Shown: positions 1 to 9,457, counted from the stretch's first letter. The stretch: DNA of 64,000 nt from an uncultured Anaerolineaceae bacterium (GCA_964610295.1 CAZSVR010000012.1:4246-68245), one strand, 5' to 3'. Notes: generated by a model from the letters alone, not told the origin. Translations and numbers: made by a program.

Positions 1-65
1 CCGAAGCGGTCTCCATTAAAAATGATTGGTATCCAATGACAGGTTGGTTTTCGACTATGATTCGA

Positions 66-262
66 TCACTGATCGGCGATCAGCCTTAAGAAGGCTTCCA
101 CAACTTGTGGGTCGAAATATTTTCCGGATTGTTCCTTGATGTACTCCAGACCTTTCTCTTTGGTCCAGGCTGGGCGGTAGGGGCGGTCACTGGTCACCGC
201 GTCCCATACATCCACTACGGCAAAGATGCGCGCCAACCGGTACGGGCCTTGATTTTTTTCTA
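66..262 (-). pseudogene. 3' remnant of an HD-GYP phosphodiesterase domain
   Basis: ARIFAVVDVWDAVTSDRPYR...FDPQVVEAFL is the HD-GYP C-terminus; the HD and HHE motifs are missing; the SD-preceded ATG near 309 is in a different frame. Confidence 0.7.
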
Positions 263-393
263 ACGACCCCCGTCGTATTCTTCTTGCGGATGGTTTGCTT
301 TGTGGACATGGCCTTCTCCTTAACTCACCAGACCAGCGATTGGTACGGGCCTCTATTCTCAAATTTGACGAAGAGAAGCACCCGACTCGCGTT

Positions 394-414
394 TATACTG
401 ATAAAAACAGTATA
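394..414. promoter_or_regulatory. Operator-like palindrome TATACTG-N7-CAGTATA upstream of the original hutH start
   Basis: Perfect 7-bp inverted repeat in the divergent intergenic region; cognate regulator unknown. Confidence 0.3.
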
Positions 415-470
415 GCACTTTCCATTATTAACGGGATTACAATACCCCCATTCTTTTTAAGGAGAACCCT

Positions 471-542
471 ATGCGTATGAGCCTCGACGGTTCGTCTCTT
501 ACGACACAGACTTCCGAAGTCTGGCAGACTTCGGAAGTCTAG
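471..542 (+). pseudogene. hutH: Orphaned 5' stump of hutH (MRMSLDGSSLT) running into a REP (TQTSEVWQTSEV*)
   Basis: SD AAGGAG at 459-464; 471-503 matches hutH 1239-1271 at 28/33 nt. Confidence 0.75.
508..540. repeat. REP doublet AGACTTCCGAAGTCT-ggc-AGACTTCGGAAGTCT (left flank of RAYT)
   Basis: Perfect 15-bp inverted repeat with 3-nt loop; twin at 1194-1226. Confidence 0.9.
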
Positions 543-554
543 AGAGGTGACACC

Positions 555-1238
555 ATGCCACGGAGATTAACTCCCTTTGCGCCCGATATGTATTACCACT
601 TTTATAATCGTGGTAACAACCGCCAGGCGGTTTTCTTCGAGTCCGATAATTATCTGTATTTCTTGAAAGGGATTGAGAAATACCTGACCTCCACTATGAA
701 TATTATTGCCTATTGTTTAATGCCGACCCATTATCATCTTTTGGTGAGGGTTAAACCCCAGACTTCTGAAGCGCCAAAGAACGGCGAAACTTCGAAAGTC
801 TCGTTGCAAGTCTCTCGTGCCATGCAAAAATTCCTGATTTCCTACACCAAAGCCATCAACAAGCGATTTCAGCGCGTTGGTTCGTTGTTTCAGGGACAAT
901 TCCAAGCCAAGCCTATTCAGAACTACCCTCATTTGCTCAACTTATGTGTCTATATTCATGCCAATCCCGTGAAAGATGGACTGGTCACTACACCCGAAGA
1001 TTGGATATACTCGAACTATCTCGAATGGCTGGGTCAACGTGACGGCACGCTGGTTGACCGCGAATTTATTCAAGAAAATTTTGGTTCACCATCGGAGTAT
1101 CAGACATTTGTAATGGATTATGTCAAGACGCGTTATTTGCCCGAAGATGTGAGAAAATATTTGCAATCATTGGAAGATTTAATCTTATCCCCCAGACTTC
1201 CGAAGTCTCTGAGACTTCGGAAGTCTATAGGAGTCTAA
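555..1238 (+). mobile_element. REP-associated tyrosine transposase (RAYT/TnpA-REP, Y1 HUH family)
   Basis: YHFYNRGNNRQ, AYCLMPTHYHLL (HUH), GSLFQGQF, YIHANPV...PEDWIYSNY motifs; REP doublets on both sides. Confidence 0.92.
1194..1226. repeat. REP doublet AGACTTCCGAAGTCT-ctg-AGACTTCGGAAGTCT (right flank, overlaps RAYT 3' end)
   Basis: Same arms as 508-540; read as RLPKSLRLRKS in the RAYT tail. Confidence 0.9.
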
Positions 1239-2762
1239 ATGCCCATCAGCCTCGACGGTTCGTCCCTTTCGATTGAAAAACTTGTTGCGATTGCGCGCGG
1301 TAATGAAAGAGTGGAATTAGTCCCTGCCGCGCTGGGACGCATCAAGATCTGCCGCGCCATGCTGGAGGAGAAACTTGCCAATAAAGAGATCATGTATGGC
1401 ACGAACACGGGTATCGGTGAATTCTCTGAGAAGATTTTGAACGATGATCAGGTAAAGGAATTCCAGAGATATCTGATCTACAACCACGCGGCGGGGATCG
1501 GCGACTCCGCGCCGATCGAGCACGTGCGCGCGGCACTGGCAGGGCGCATCAACGTCCATGCGCACGGGAATTCGGGTTGCAGACCCGAGATCACTTTAAC
1601 ACTGGTGGAGATGCTCAACAAAGGCGTCACGCCAGTTGTTTGCCAGAAGGGGTCAGTCGGCGCGAGCGGTGACCTTGCGCCGATGGCACAAGCCGCGTTG
1701 CTCCTTATGGGTGAAGGCGAGGCTTTCTATAAAGGTGAGCAGTTATCAGGTGCGGAAGCGATGCGGCGGGCAGGCATCGAAATCCCCGGCTTGCAGGCGC
1801 GTGACGGCCTGGCCGCGATCAATGGATCAAATCTATTAACTGGAATGTCCGCGTTGCACATTTATGATATGGAAAGATTCTTGAAACAAGCAGAGATCGC
1901 GGCGGCGATGTCGATTGAAGCATTGCTTGGCAACCTGAAACCATACAACACCAAGATACATGAATTACGCGGCTTTCATGGCGCGATCACCTCTGCAAAA
2001 AATATTATGAAAGTGGTTGAAGGCTCTGATCTAACAACCGGCAAGATGAAAACAAAAGTGCAGGATGCGTATTCGATGCGATCCACACCCCAGGTGATCG
2101 GGGCGGCGCGTGACGCTTTGGCCTACGCGCGTTCACAGGTTGAAATTGAATTGAACGGCGTGGGGGATAATCCGATCTTCGTGCCTGAGTTGAAGTTGAC
2201 TTTGACCGGCGCAAATTTTCAAGGCACGCCGGTTTCCCTGCCGATGGATATGGCCGGCATCGCCATCACGATGGTCTCTGTTTTATCAGAACGCAGACTC
2301 AACCGTCTGACCAACCCCGCTCTTTCCCAGGGACTGCCTGATTTCCTTGCCCATGAACCGGGTTTCTACTCTGGATTAATGCTCAGCCAATACACGGCCG
2401 ATCATTTGATCGTGGAACAAAGGATTTTATCCGCGCCTGCGAGCATACAATCCATCCCGGCCGCAGCCGATCAGGAGGATTTTGTTTCCATGGGTATGAA
2501 TACCGCTTTGAAGAATGGACAGATTTTAGATAATGCCTATGGCGTTTTGGGAATTGAATTCATGGCCGCCGCGCAGGCATTGGACTTCCGCGAGTTCACA
2601 CCCGGCAAGGGGACGAACAAGGCACGTGAAGTGATCCGTAAATATGTGAAGCACCTTGAAGTTGACCGCCCGTTGTATCCCGACCACAACGCAATGAAGG
2701 CACTGGTGAAATCGGGTGAGATATTGAAGGAAGTGGAGAAGACAGTAGGGTTGCTCGGCTGA
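1239..2762 (+). CDS. hutH: Histidine ammonia-lyase (aromatic amino acid lyase family)
   Basis: MIO-forming GSVGASGDLAP, YGTNTGIG, QDAYSMRSTPQV, QEDFVSMG. Confidence 0.88.
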   Translation: MPISLDGSSLSIEKLVAIARGNERVELVPAALGRIKICRAMLEEKLANKEIMYGTNTGIGEFSEKILNDDQVKEFQRYLIYNHAAGIGDSAPIEHVRAALAGRINVHAHGNSGCRPEITLTLVEMLNKGVTPVVCQKGSVGASGDLAPMAQAALLLMGEGEAFYKGEQLSGAEAMRRAGIEIPGLQARDGLAAINGSNLLTGMSALHIYDMERFLKQAEIAAAMSIEALLGNLKPYNTKIHELRGFHGAITSAKNIMKVVEGSDLTTGKMKTKVQDAYSMRSTPQVIGAARDALAYARSQVEIELNGVGDNPIFVPELKLTLTGANFQGTPVSLPMDMAGIAITMVSVLSERRLNRLTNPALSQGLPDFLAHEPGFYSGLMLSQYTADHLIVEQRILSAPASIQSIPAAADQEDFVSMGMNTALKNGQILDNAYGVLGIEFMAAAQALDFREFTPGKGTNKAREVIRKYVKHLEVDRPLYPDHNAMKALVKSGEILKEVEKTVGLLG

Positions 2763-2819
2763 CCAAGGACTGAGGACCGAGGCTCAAATATATTGGTCCT
2801 CTGTCATTTGTCCTTCGTC
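2762..2819. repeat. Palindromic intergenic element (GACCAAGGAC...GTCCTTCGTC type)
   Basis: Imperfect inverted arms after the hutH stop. Confidence 0.45.
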
Positions 2820-2839
2820 TTTTACCCTACAGGTGAACC

Positions 2840-3931
2840 TTGAAAAAATTTCTTCTCTCTTCCCTTCGACGTTGCTCAGGGCAGGCTTTCCTTTTTCTTT
2901 TCGCTCTTTCGGCCTGTCTTCCCACAACGACCACGCCGATCATTCCTACTCATGCTCTGCCTACAGAGATTCCGATGACATCCACAACTCAACCTGAATC
3001 CACTCCACCTCTCGGTCGCGGCGTGAACATGGGCAACATGCTCGAAGCGCCGAACGAAGGCGAGTGGGGGCTGTATGTTGAAGAGGAATATTTTGACCGG
3101 ATCAAAGAGGCAGGCTTTGACTTTATCCGTTTGCCGGTTAATTGGAAGGCACATACCAAATATTTAGGACATGATGACGGAGATACTGCCTACTATATTG
3201 ATCCAACTCTCTTTGCTCGTGTCGACGAAGTGGTCAATTGGGCTTTGAAACGCAACCTCCCGATCATCATTGATTTTCATAATTATGAAGAACTTATGTC
3301 TGAACCGAATCTCAATCAATTTGTCTTTTTGTGGGAACAAATCGCCGAGCATTACAAAGATTACCCACCACAGGTTTTGTTTGAATTGCTCAACGAACCT
3401 CACGATCAATTGGATGCCGCATTGTGGAACATTTACGTTGTTGATGCATTGAAGGTGGTGCGCGAGACAAATCCCACACGCGATGTAATTATCGGCCCGG
3501 CAAATTGGAACGCCTACGATTAGGTTTCCACACTCAATATCCCTGATGATCCACATCTCATTGTGACGTTTCATTACTATCTGCCATTCGAGTTCACGCA
3601 TCAAGGCGCGGAGTGGATCGGAGATGAAAGCAACGCATGGCTTGGCACAACCTGGGATGGGACCGACGAACAAAAAGCCGAGATCACGCGCAACTTTGAT
3701 TCCATTGCGGAGTGGGCGAAGGGACATAACGTCCGCATATTACTTGGAGAGTTTGGCGCCTATTCAAAGGCAGACCCGAACTCCCGCGTCCGCTGGACAG
3801 ATTTCGTGGCGCGTGAAGCGGAGCGTCACAACTTTGCATGGGCTTATTGGGAGTTTGGATCGGGCTTTGGGGTGTACGATCCGTTTGCAAAAGGCTGGCG
3901 TGAAGAATTATTGAAGGCGTTGATCCCATAA
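2840..3931 (+). pseudogene. GH5 endoglucanase lipoprotein interrupted by one in-frame TAG at 3521-3523
   Basis: RGVNMGN, ELLNEP (acid/base), FHYYLPFEFTHQG, LGEFG (nucleophile); the two ORFs are in the same frame; lipobox LSAC. Confidence 0.85.
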
Positions 3932-3964
3932 AAACGTCGGGACACGATATGTGTCCCGACGTTT
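3932..3964. terminator. Hairpin between convergent genes (bidirectional terminator or REP)
   Basis: 14-bp perfect stem AAACGTCGGGACAC/GTGTCCCGACGTTT. Confidence 0.75.
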
Positions 3965-4031
3965 GATTGCACAAAGACTTTAAGCAATGGAGGATTTTCA
4001 GCGCAAATGTTTCGACATCATTTCCAGTTAA

Positions 4032-5078
4032 TTATTGCTCCACACTCACCACACCACCCACCGCGTTCAGCTTCAACGTCCACGTGCTTCCAATTTGAAA
4101 TTGCTGGAATTCACTGACCGACCCCGGCGAATACGTTTCCTGCCCGTCATCTGTGTTGAAGTAAACCGTTAGTTGTTCCGAGGCATCCCCCGCGCGCTGG
4201 TCGCTTGAGATGCTTGGGTTTTCATAGACAGGATTCAAATCATTTCCGCTCAAGTCATATGTCTGGACGGTCGTCCATTCATCCACTGTGTAAGAGCAAA
4301 AATCCTCCGACTCAGTATGACACTCCTCCACTTTTTCAGCATATCCATTTCCCTGATCAACCATCTTCTCTTCACAAACCTCCTGGCTTTCGGTATGACA
4401 GGAAACATTATACGCATCTGAAGGCGGGCTGCCGCGTTCGTTGTTGTAATCCACGGCCCTCACTTCCTGTACTGGCACAGAGGTTTGCCATTCCACATTA
4501 GTAACTGTCCCCTGCACGGAACGCGAGGGGAATACGAACAGCATCAAGATCGCTGCGCAGCACAATACGAGAAATGAGCCGATGCCGCCAAGCAACAGCC
4601 AGTTCGGTTTTTTCTTTTGGGCAGCTAATGCCGGTGATGCTACCGCCTCGGCATGCGGCACCACCACGCGCGGTAATGGTGAGCCGCATTTCGAGCAAGT
4701 CCGTTCACTGCCCGGGTTTTCGGTGCCGCAATTTTTGCATGTGATAGTTTTCGGGATCACCGGACCTGCTTGCAGGATCTGCCCGGCCTGGCGCGCCTTG
4801 CCTTCCTTTATATCCCCGCCGCACTGCGAGCATGTCATTGCACTCGCCGGGTTGCGCGTACCGCAGAATCCGCAGTGGATATCCGCGCCTGCCTTGGCCG
4901 CCTCCACTGATTTCTCATCCGTAACGAGCTTCTCTTCAGTAGCACGTTGGAATTGCACATTTTCCGGCTGTGGCGCGCCGCAGTTCTCGCAGGTCTTCTT
5001 TGAGCCCTTGTTCCTGCTATTGCAATTAGGACAGACCCATTCAAGTTCGACAAAGCCTTTACTTTCCCTTCTCGACAT
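4032..5078 (-). CDS. Multi zinc-ribbon single-pass membrane protein
   Basis: Six CxxC pairs at the N-terminus (three ribbons), one TM segment, Cys-containing outer domain. Confidence 0.8.
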   Translation of the reverse strand: MSRRESKGFVELEWVCPNCNSRNKGSKKTCENCGAPQPENVQFQRATEEKLVTDEKSVEAAKAGADIHCGFCGTRNPASAMTCSQCGGDIKEGKARQAGQILQAGPVIPKTITCKNCGTENPGSERTCSKCGSPLPRVVVPHAEAVASPALAAQKKKPNWLLLGGIGSFLVLCCAAILMLFVFPSRSVQGTVTNVEWQTSVPVQEVRAVDYNNERGSPPSDAYNVSCHTESQEVCEEKMVDQGNGYAEKVEECHTESEDFCSYTVDEWTTVQTYDLSGNDLNPVYENPSISSDQRAGDASEQLTVYFNTDDGQETYSPGSVSEFQQFQIGSTWTLKLNAVGGVVSVEQ

Positions 5079-5095
5079 CTCTCACTCCTTAGTCA

Positions 5096-6100
5096 TTAAA
5101 TACCGTTCCACTTGCGGACTTCGGCAATGCGCGACTCATGGTCTGGATCCGCGTGCGGACACGTATCGCCCGCATCTTTCATGGACCCGGAAGCTGTCAG
5201 CGCAGCAAAGACAGCCGCGGCACCGTTCGCGACGTTCAGCGGTTCATAGCCGCCTTCCAAAACGAAGACGATCTTTCCTTTGCAGTATTCTTCTGCAAGT
5301 CCGACGAGTTTCTTCGAGATGTTGAAATATCCTTTGGTGGATAGACCCAGCGTGGTGATCGGGTCATTCCAATGCGCGTCGAACCCGGCCGAGACGAACA
5401 ACATCTGCGGACGAAATTTCTCCACAACGGGCTTGAAGATTTCATCTGCAATACGTGAAAATGTTTGATCCCCCGCGTACGCATGCAAAGGGACATTGAC
5501 CACGCGTCCCTTCGCGTGCGGCGCGTCTTCGATCCAACCAGTGCCGGGATAAATTCCCCATTGATGGGTTGAGATGAATCCGACGCGTTCCTCATTCAGG
5601 AAGACGGCCTGCGTACCATTCCCGTGATGCGCGTCGTAGTCAATGACCATGACGCGTTCCATTCCATTTGCCAGTGCTTCATGCGTGGCGATGGCGATAT
5701 TGTTGAAAATACAAAATCCCATGGCACGCTCCGGCTCTGCATGATGTCCGGGCGGACGCACGATCGCAAAGGCGTTCTGCGCTTCGCCGTTCAAGACCGC
5801 GCGCGTACACTCGATCAGACCGCCCGCGGCCAGCAGGGCATCTTCGTAGGATGTCTGTGTCACGTAGGTGGGAGCCTGATCAATAACCCCCGGTCCCTGT
5901 TTGCAAACTTCTTCGATCCCTCGCATCATCCCGGATTGATGCACACGCGTCACCTGTTCAGGCGTTGCTTGCTTTACTTCCACGCGCTCCACCCGGAATG
6001 AATCAAGTTGCGGCTCGAGCAATTCCAGTCTGCCGGGTCTTTCGGGGTGGCCGGGAAACTCATGCCCACGCGAAGGGACAAATGCATAAGCTGTTTGCAT
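5096..6100 (-). CDS. Histone deacetylase family (AcuC/AphA-like) protein
   Basis: HPERPGRL, RPPGHHA, GFCIFNN, DYDAHHGNGTQ, SAGFDAH, LEGGY; start moved to MQTAY at 6100. Confidence 0.92.
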   Translation of the reverse strand: MQTAYAFVPSRGHEFPGHPERPGRLELLEPQLDSFRVERVEVKQATPEQVTRVHQSGMMRGIEEVCKQGPGVIDQAPTYVTQTSYEDALLAAGGLIECTRAVLNGEAQNAFAIVRPPGHHAEPERAMGFCIFNNIAIATHEALANGMERVMVIDYDAHHGNGTQAVFLNEERVGFISTHQWGIYPGTGWIEDAPHAKGRVVNVPLHAYAGDQTFSRIADEIFKPVVEKFRPQMLFVSAGFDAHWNDPITTLGLSTKGYFNISKKLVGLAEEYCKGKIVFVLEGGYEPLNVANGAAAVFAALTASGSMKDAGDTCPHADPDHESRIAEVRKWNGI

Positions 6101-6137
6101 GTGCAAATTATAGCCTTTCTTGGTATCATTTCTGATT

Positions 6138-7010
6138 ATGAAAACAAGTGTCGCGATCCTTTTGCTTTTGCCTGCCATGCTTGCGTGCCGTTTTTCGATA
6201 CCGGCAATTCCGAGCGATGACGAAAACATATTAAGCGAGGACCAGATCATCTCTGGCGGCGTGACGCGGCATTTCCTGCTGCATGTGCCGCCATCATATA
6301 ACGGAAATCCGATCTCACTGCTCATTAACTTTCACGGATACGGATCCAATTCAAAAGAGGAGCAGGCCCTGACGGGCATGTCCCTCAAAGCAGACGAAGC
6401 AGGCTTCATTGTGGTCTATCCCGATGGAATTGAATCAACCTGGTATACCGGCCCGATCACGCAGGGCGAAGCGGACCGGCAGTTCATCCGCGATCTGATC
6501 GCGCGCCTTGAAACCCTATACACGATTGACCCAAAACGGATCTATGCAACCGGCATCTCAAACGGCGGCGGTATGACGAACCGACTTGCCTGCGACATGG
6601 CCGATCTGATCGCCGCCATCGCACCCGATTCAGGCGCGTACAACTTCTGGCAGGACTGCGATCCTGCGAGGCCGGTCCCTGTGCTGGCCTTCCATGGGCT
6701 GGATGATAACGTCGTGCCCTATGAGGGCAGTAACCCACGCGCGATCACGCCTCCGATCGAAGACTGGGCGGAGGCCTGGGCTGTACGAAATGGATGTTCA
6801 TCCACGCCCAACGTCACGACACCAGTTGAGACAGTCACGGTACGGACCTGGTCGAGTTGCAAGGAGAATGCCGATGTTATGCTCTACACATTGGCCAATC
6901 ATGGACATTCCTGGCCGGGCTCGCCCAGCATGCCAAACGCCATCACATCACAGGCTGTGAATGCAACCGATGTGATGTGGGAATTTTTCCTGGCACATCC
7001 AATGCCGTGA
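6138..7010 (+). CDS. PHB depolymerase/LpqC-like esterase lipoprotein
   Basis: Lipobox MLAC, FHGYG, GISNGG nucleophile elbow, FHGLDD, GHSWPG. Confidence 0.85.
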   Translation: MKTSVAILLLLPAMLACRFSIPAIPSDDENILSEDQIISGGVTRHFLLHVPPSYNGNPISLLINFHGYGSNSKEEQALTGMSLKADEAGFIVVYPDGIESTWYTGPITQGEADRQFIRDLIARLETLYTIDPKRIYATGISNGGGMTNRLACDMADLIAAIAPDSGAYNFWQDCDPARPVPVLAFHGLDDNVVPYEGSNPRAITPPIEDWAEAWAVRNGCSSTPNVTTPVETVTVRTWSSCKENADVMLYTLANHGHSWPGSPSMPNAITSQAVNATDVMWEFFLAHPMP

Positions 7011-7039
7011 TTAGCAAAGAGAAAGGATGAGGTTAATTC

Positions 7040-7708
7040 ATGTTCATTAAACGACTTGAATTATTGGCAGGTGATCTGGTCCCCCAGCGGGATTTTTACG
7101 CCACTGTGCTGGACTTGCCCGTTCATCTCGATACCGATTCCCTGATCGTGCAGGCCGGCAAAACGGAGTTGATCTTCGCGCAGGCTCCTCCGAATTGGAA
7201 GGGCGAATATCATTTTTGCTTCAACATTCCCGTAAACCAGTTCGTCCATGCAAAGGCGTGGCTGTCTGCCAGAATCCCGCTTTTGAAGGACGAAGAGGGA
7301 AACGATCAGTTTGAGAGCGAATCGTGGAATTCCGCTTCGCTTTACTTCAAAGATACGGCGGGAAATATCCTTGAATTGATCGCCCGCTACGAGCTGAAAA
7401 ATACGGTGCCTGCACCATTTAGCAGCGAACAGATCCTGCAGGTAAGCGAGATCGGCCTGCCTTCGCAAGATGTTATTTCATTTGCCAATGATCTGTGCAC
7501 AAGGTTGGGAATATCCATTTACAAACAGGCAGCCAACGAGACCTTTACACCAATCGGAGATGAGGAAGGGCTGTTCATACTGCCGGTTGAAAAGCGGATC
7601 TGGTATCCGAATACTGGCGTCGCGGCACAGAGGCTGCCTGTAAAAGTAAAAGTTGAAGTAAATGGGAAAGAGTTTAATCTGCGCGGCGTGCCCTATGAGG
7701 TGTCCTAA
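7040..7708 (+). CDS. Glyoxalase/VOC family protein
   Basis: RDFYATVLDL, YHFCFNIP, LYFKDTAGNILELI. Confidence 0.75.
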   Translation: MFIKRLELLAGDLVPQRDFYATVLDLPVHLDTDSLIVQAGKTELIFAQAPPNWKGEYHFCFNIPVNQFVHAKAWLSARIPLLKDEEGNDQFESESWNSASLYFKDTAGNILELIARYELKNTVPAPFSSEQILQVSEIGLPSQDVISFANDLCTRLGISIYKQAANETFTPIGDEEGLFILPVEKRIWYPNTGVAAQRLPVKVKVEVNGKEFNLRGVPYEVS

Positions 7709-7736
7709 TTTGCAGGTGCGAGGATCCTGCCGTTCT

Positions 7737-8123
7737 TTATGCATCCTCCATCAGCCATGCCATGGCCTCACCAATATCTTTGAACGTACGATACGGCAGG
7801 TTGCGATTGCGAGCCGCGATTTCAAAGAATGCCATATCGTCTTTCATCTTTTTGTCCGTTGACGGATAGACCACCGCGGTCTTTGCGCTTTTCCTCCCAA
7901 ATCCCCCTCGTTGTTGGCGTAGTTCCTGCGCGCGTTCAAAGATTTGGATGATGGGTAGATCAAAGTGAAGCTCTCGAATATCCATCAGGACTTTTGTGCT
8001 TCCGGAGGTATCCACCGCTTCCATGATCTCGCGCACCATGGCGTTATCTGTGGCTTGATCCCATTCCCCCGAGGCTGTTGCAATGATCATGTTCCCGCTT
8101 GCGTGCTGGATGCTACATTCCAT
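7737..8123 (-). CDS. STAS/SpoIIAA-like small protein
   Basis: KVLMDIRE, KTAVV, RTFKDIGEAMAWL pattern. Confidence 0.6.
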   Translation of the reverse strand: MECSIQHASGNMIIATASGEWDQATDNAMVREIMEAVDTSGSTKVLMDIRELHFDLPIIQIFERAQELRQQRGGFGRKSAKTAVVYPSTDKKMKDDMAFFEIAARNRNLPYRTFKDIGEAMAWLMEDA

Positions 8124-8207
8124 AAAATCACCGTTCCATGTCTTTCCCTGGAAAATCCCGGTTAAAGCATCGCAATGTTCATTCTGTAACAGCGCGCTGT
8201 TCAGGTG

Positions 8208-8669
8208 TTATTGCGAATCTCCCTTTCTCCTTCTATTGAACATGGACGTGTTAAAGACGGCTGTGGGACGTTGCCCGGGACCAACCAATGACCCCGAACC
8301 ATCTCCCCTGCGGTTCATCAGCCGCGTATCCTGCGTGAAAACCAGATTGACGCCCGCCAGGGAAATGAGGTCGCCCGGGTAGAGCAATCCCTGGCCAGTG
8401 CGCAGGCCGTTAACGAAGGTACCGCCCGAGGAATTCAGGTCGAAGAGCACAAAGTGGTCACGGATGACGCGGATCTCCGCGTGATGACGCGAGATGCGTG
8501 GATCGTCCAGCACCAGTGTATTGTCGTGACTGCGACCGATACTGAAAACGAGCTGATCCAGTGGCACGGCTTTGCTGCCTTCCAGTACTAAAAAGACATT
8601 GTGAGGGACCGAATTGTCCATCCCGGAATTTTCATTGTTTTCTGTGGGTTTATTCTGAGCGTCATCCAT
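8208..8669 (-). CDS. FHA domain protein
   Basis: IGRSHDN...ISRHHAEI...DLNSSGGTFVNG. Confidence 0.9.
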   Translation of the reverse strand: MDDAQNKPTENNENSGMDNSVPHNVFLVLEGSKAVPLDQLVFSIGRSHDNTLVLDDPRISRHHAEIRVIRDHFVLFDLNSSGGTFVNGLRTGQGLLYPGDLISLAGVNLVFTQDTRLMNRRGDGSGSLVGPGQRPTAVFNTSMFNRRRKGDSQ

Positions 8670-8780
8670 TTTCTAATAGAGGCGTATCCCGCCTACTCCT
8701 TGGGAATACTATATAACAATTCTTGCAAGATTGCAAGGCCCAACTAGGGAGAACACTACTTTTCTATGAGGGATGCGCAC

Positions 8781-9250
8781 CTACCCCCGCCGTCCTTCAC
8801 CCTTGGGGTACTTCGCCGACACCTTCGCAAAGCATACCCGCATCGTCCTCGATGGGGAAAGGGTGCCCCCAAACCCAATGGACTTGCCGTCTCGCATCAG
8901 CGGAGCGATCCTGTGGATAAGCGAAGCAATCCTGTGGATAAGCGAAGCACCGTCCGTGCCGCGAAGTACGACGGCACGTCGGTACGAGACGGCAATCCTG
9001 CGGACCGCCCTGGCGCTGCTCGCGGCATAAGCGAAGCACCGTCCGTGCCGCGAAGTACGACGGCACGTCGGTACGAGACGGCAATCCTGTGGATCAGCGT
9101 AGCCACCCTGTGGGTCAGCGACACTTGCGCCGCACCCCCACTTCGCTGCGCTACGGGGACTTCGTGCGTTCGTTGCAGTGCAGGTGAGCGATCCTGTGGA
9201 CGAACGGGGGTGGCCCACAGGGTGCTTCGCGAAGGCAGCAAGGGGTACTA
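8781..9250. repeat. Composite nested palindromic repeat region (21-mer units, exact 63-bp direct repeat, embedded hairpin elements)
   Basis: AATCCTGTGGATAAGCGAAGC-like units; 8938-9000 = 9027-9089; CACTTG...CAGGTG element at 9122-9186. Confidence 0.85.
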
Positions 9251-9366
9251 TGCCATGCGAAAAATCGCACCTGAGTTGGGGCTGGCAGAGAACGTTCCAG
9301 AGTGAAAGTGATTTCGGTGTCCACGATTCATTGGGCGCAAGGATGTAGCGTGTCTCTTTTTAATAC

Positions 9367-9395
9367 TTGACTCGAACCCTTCATCGTTATACACT
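9367..9395 (+). promoter_or_regulatory. Sigma70-type promoter TTGACT-N17-TACACT
   Basis: Near-consensus boxes with 17-bp spacer upstream of 9458. Confidence 0.7.
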
Positions 9396-9457
9396 CAACC
9401 TAACAACAGGAACAAGACTGCCTAAATCTGGCTCACCTTATCGGTAAAGGAGCGACC

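Noticed and set aside
250-310. Programmed frameshift at the A7 run joining MSTKQTIRKK to the HD-GYP tail
   Set aside because: It would need +1 rather than -1, and the product would still lack the HD catalytic core.
3521-3523. Genome-wide TAG recoding or pyrrolysine
   Set aside because: TAG ends rpoC, cysS, rlmB and others at their expected termini; no pyl genes seen.
8905-9120. CRISPR-like array
   Set aside because: Only two exact 63-bp copies; the intervening pieces are themselves repeats found elsewhere; spacing is irregular; no cas genes in the window.
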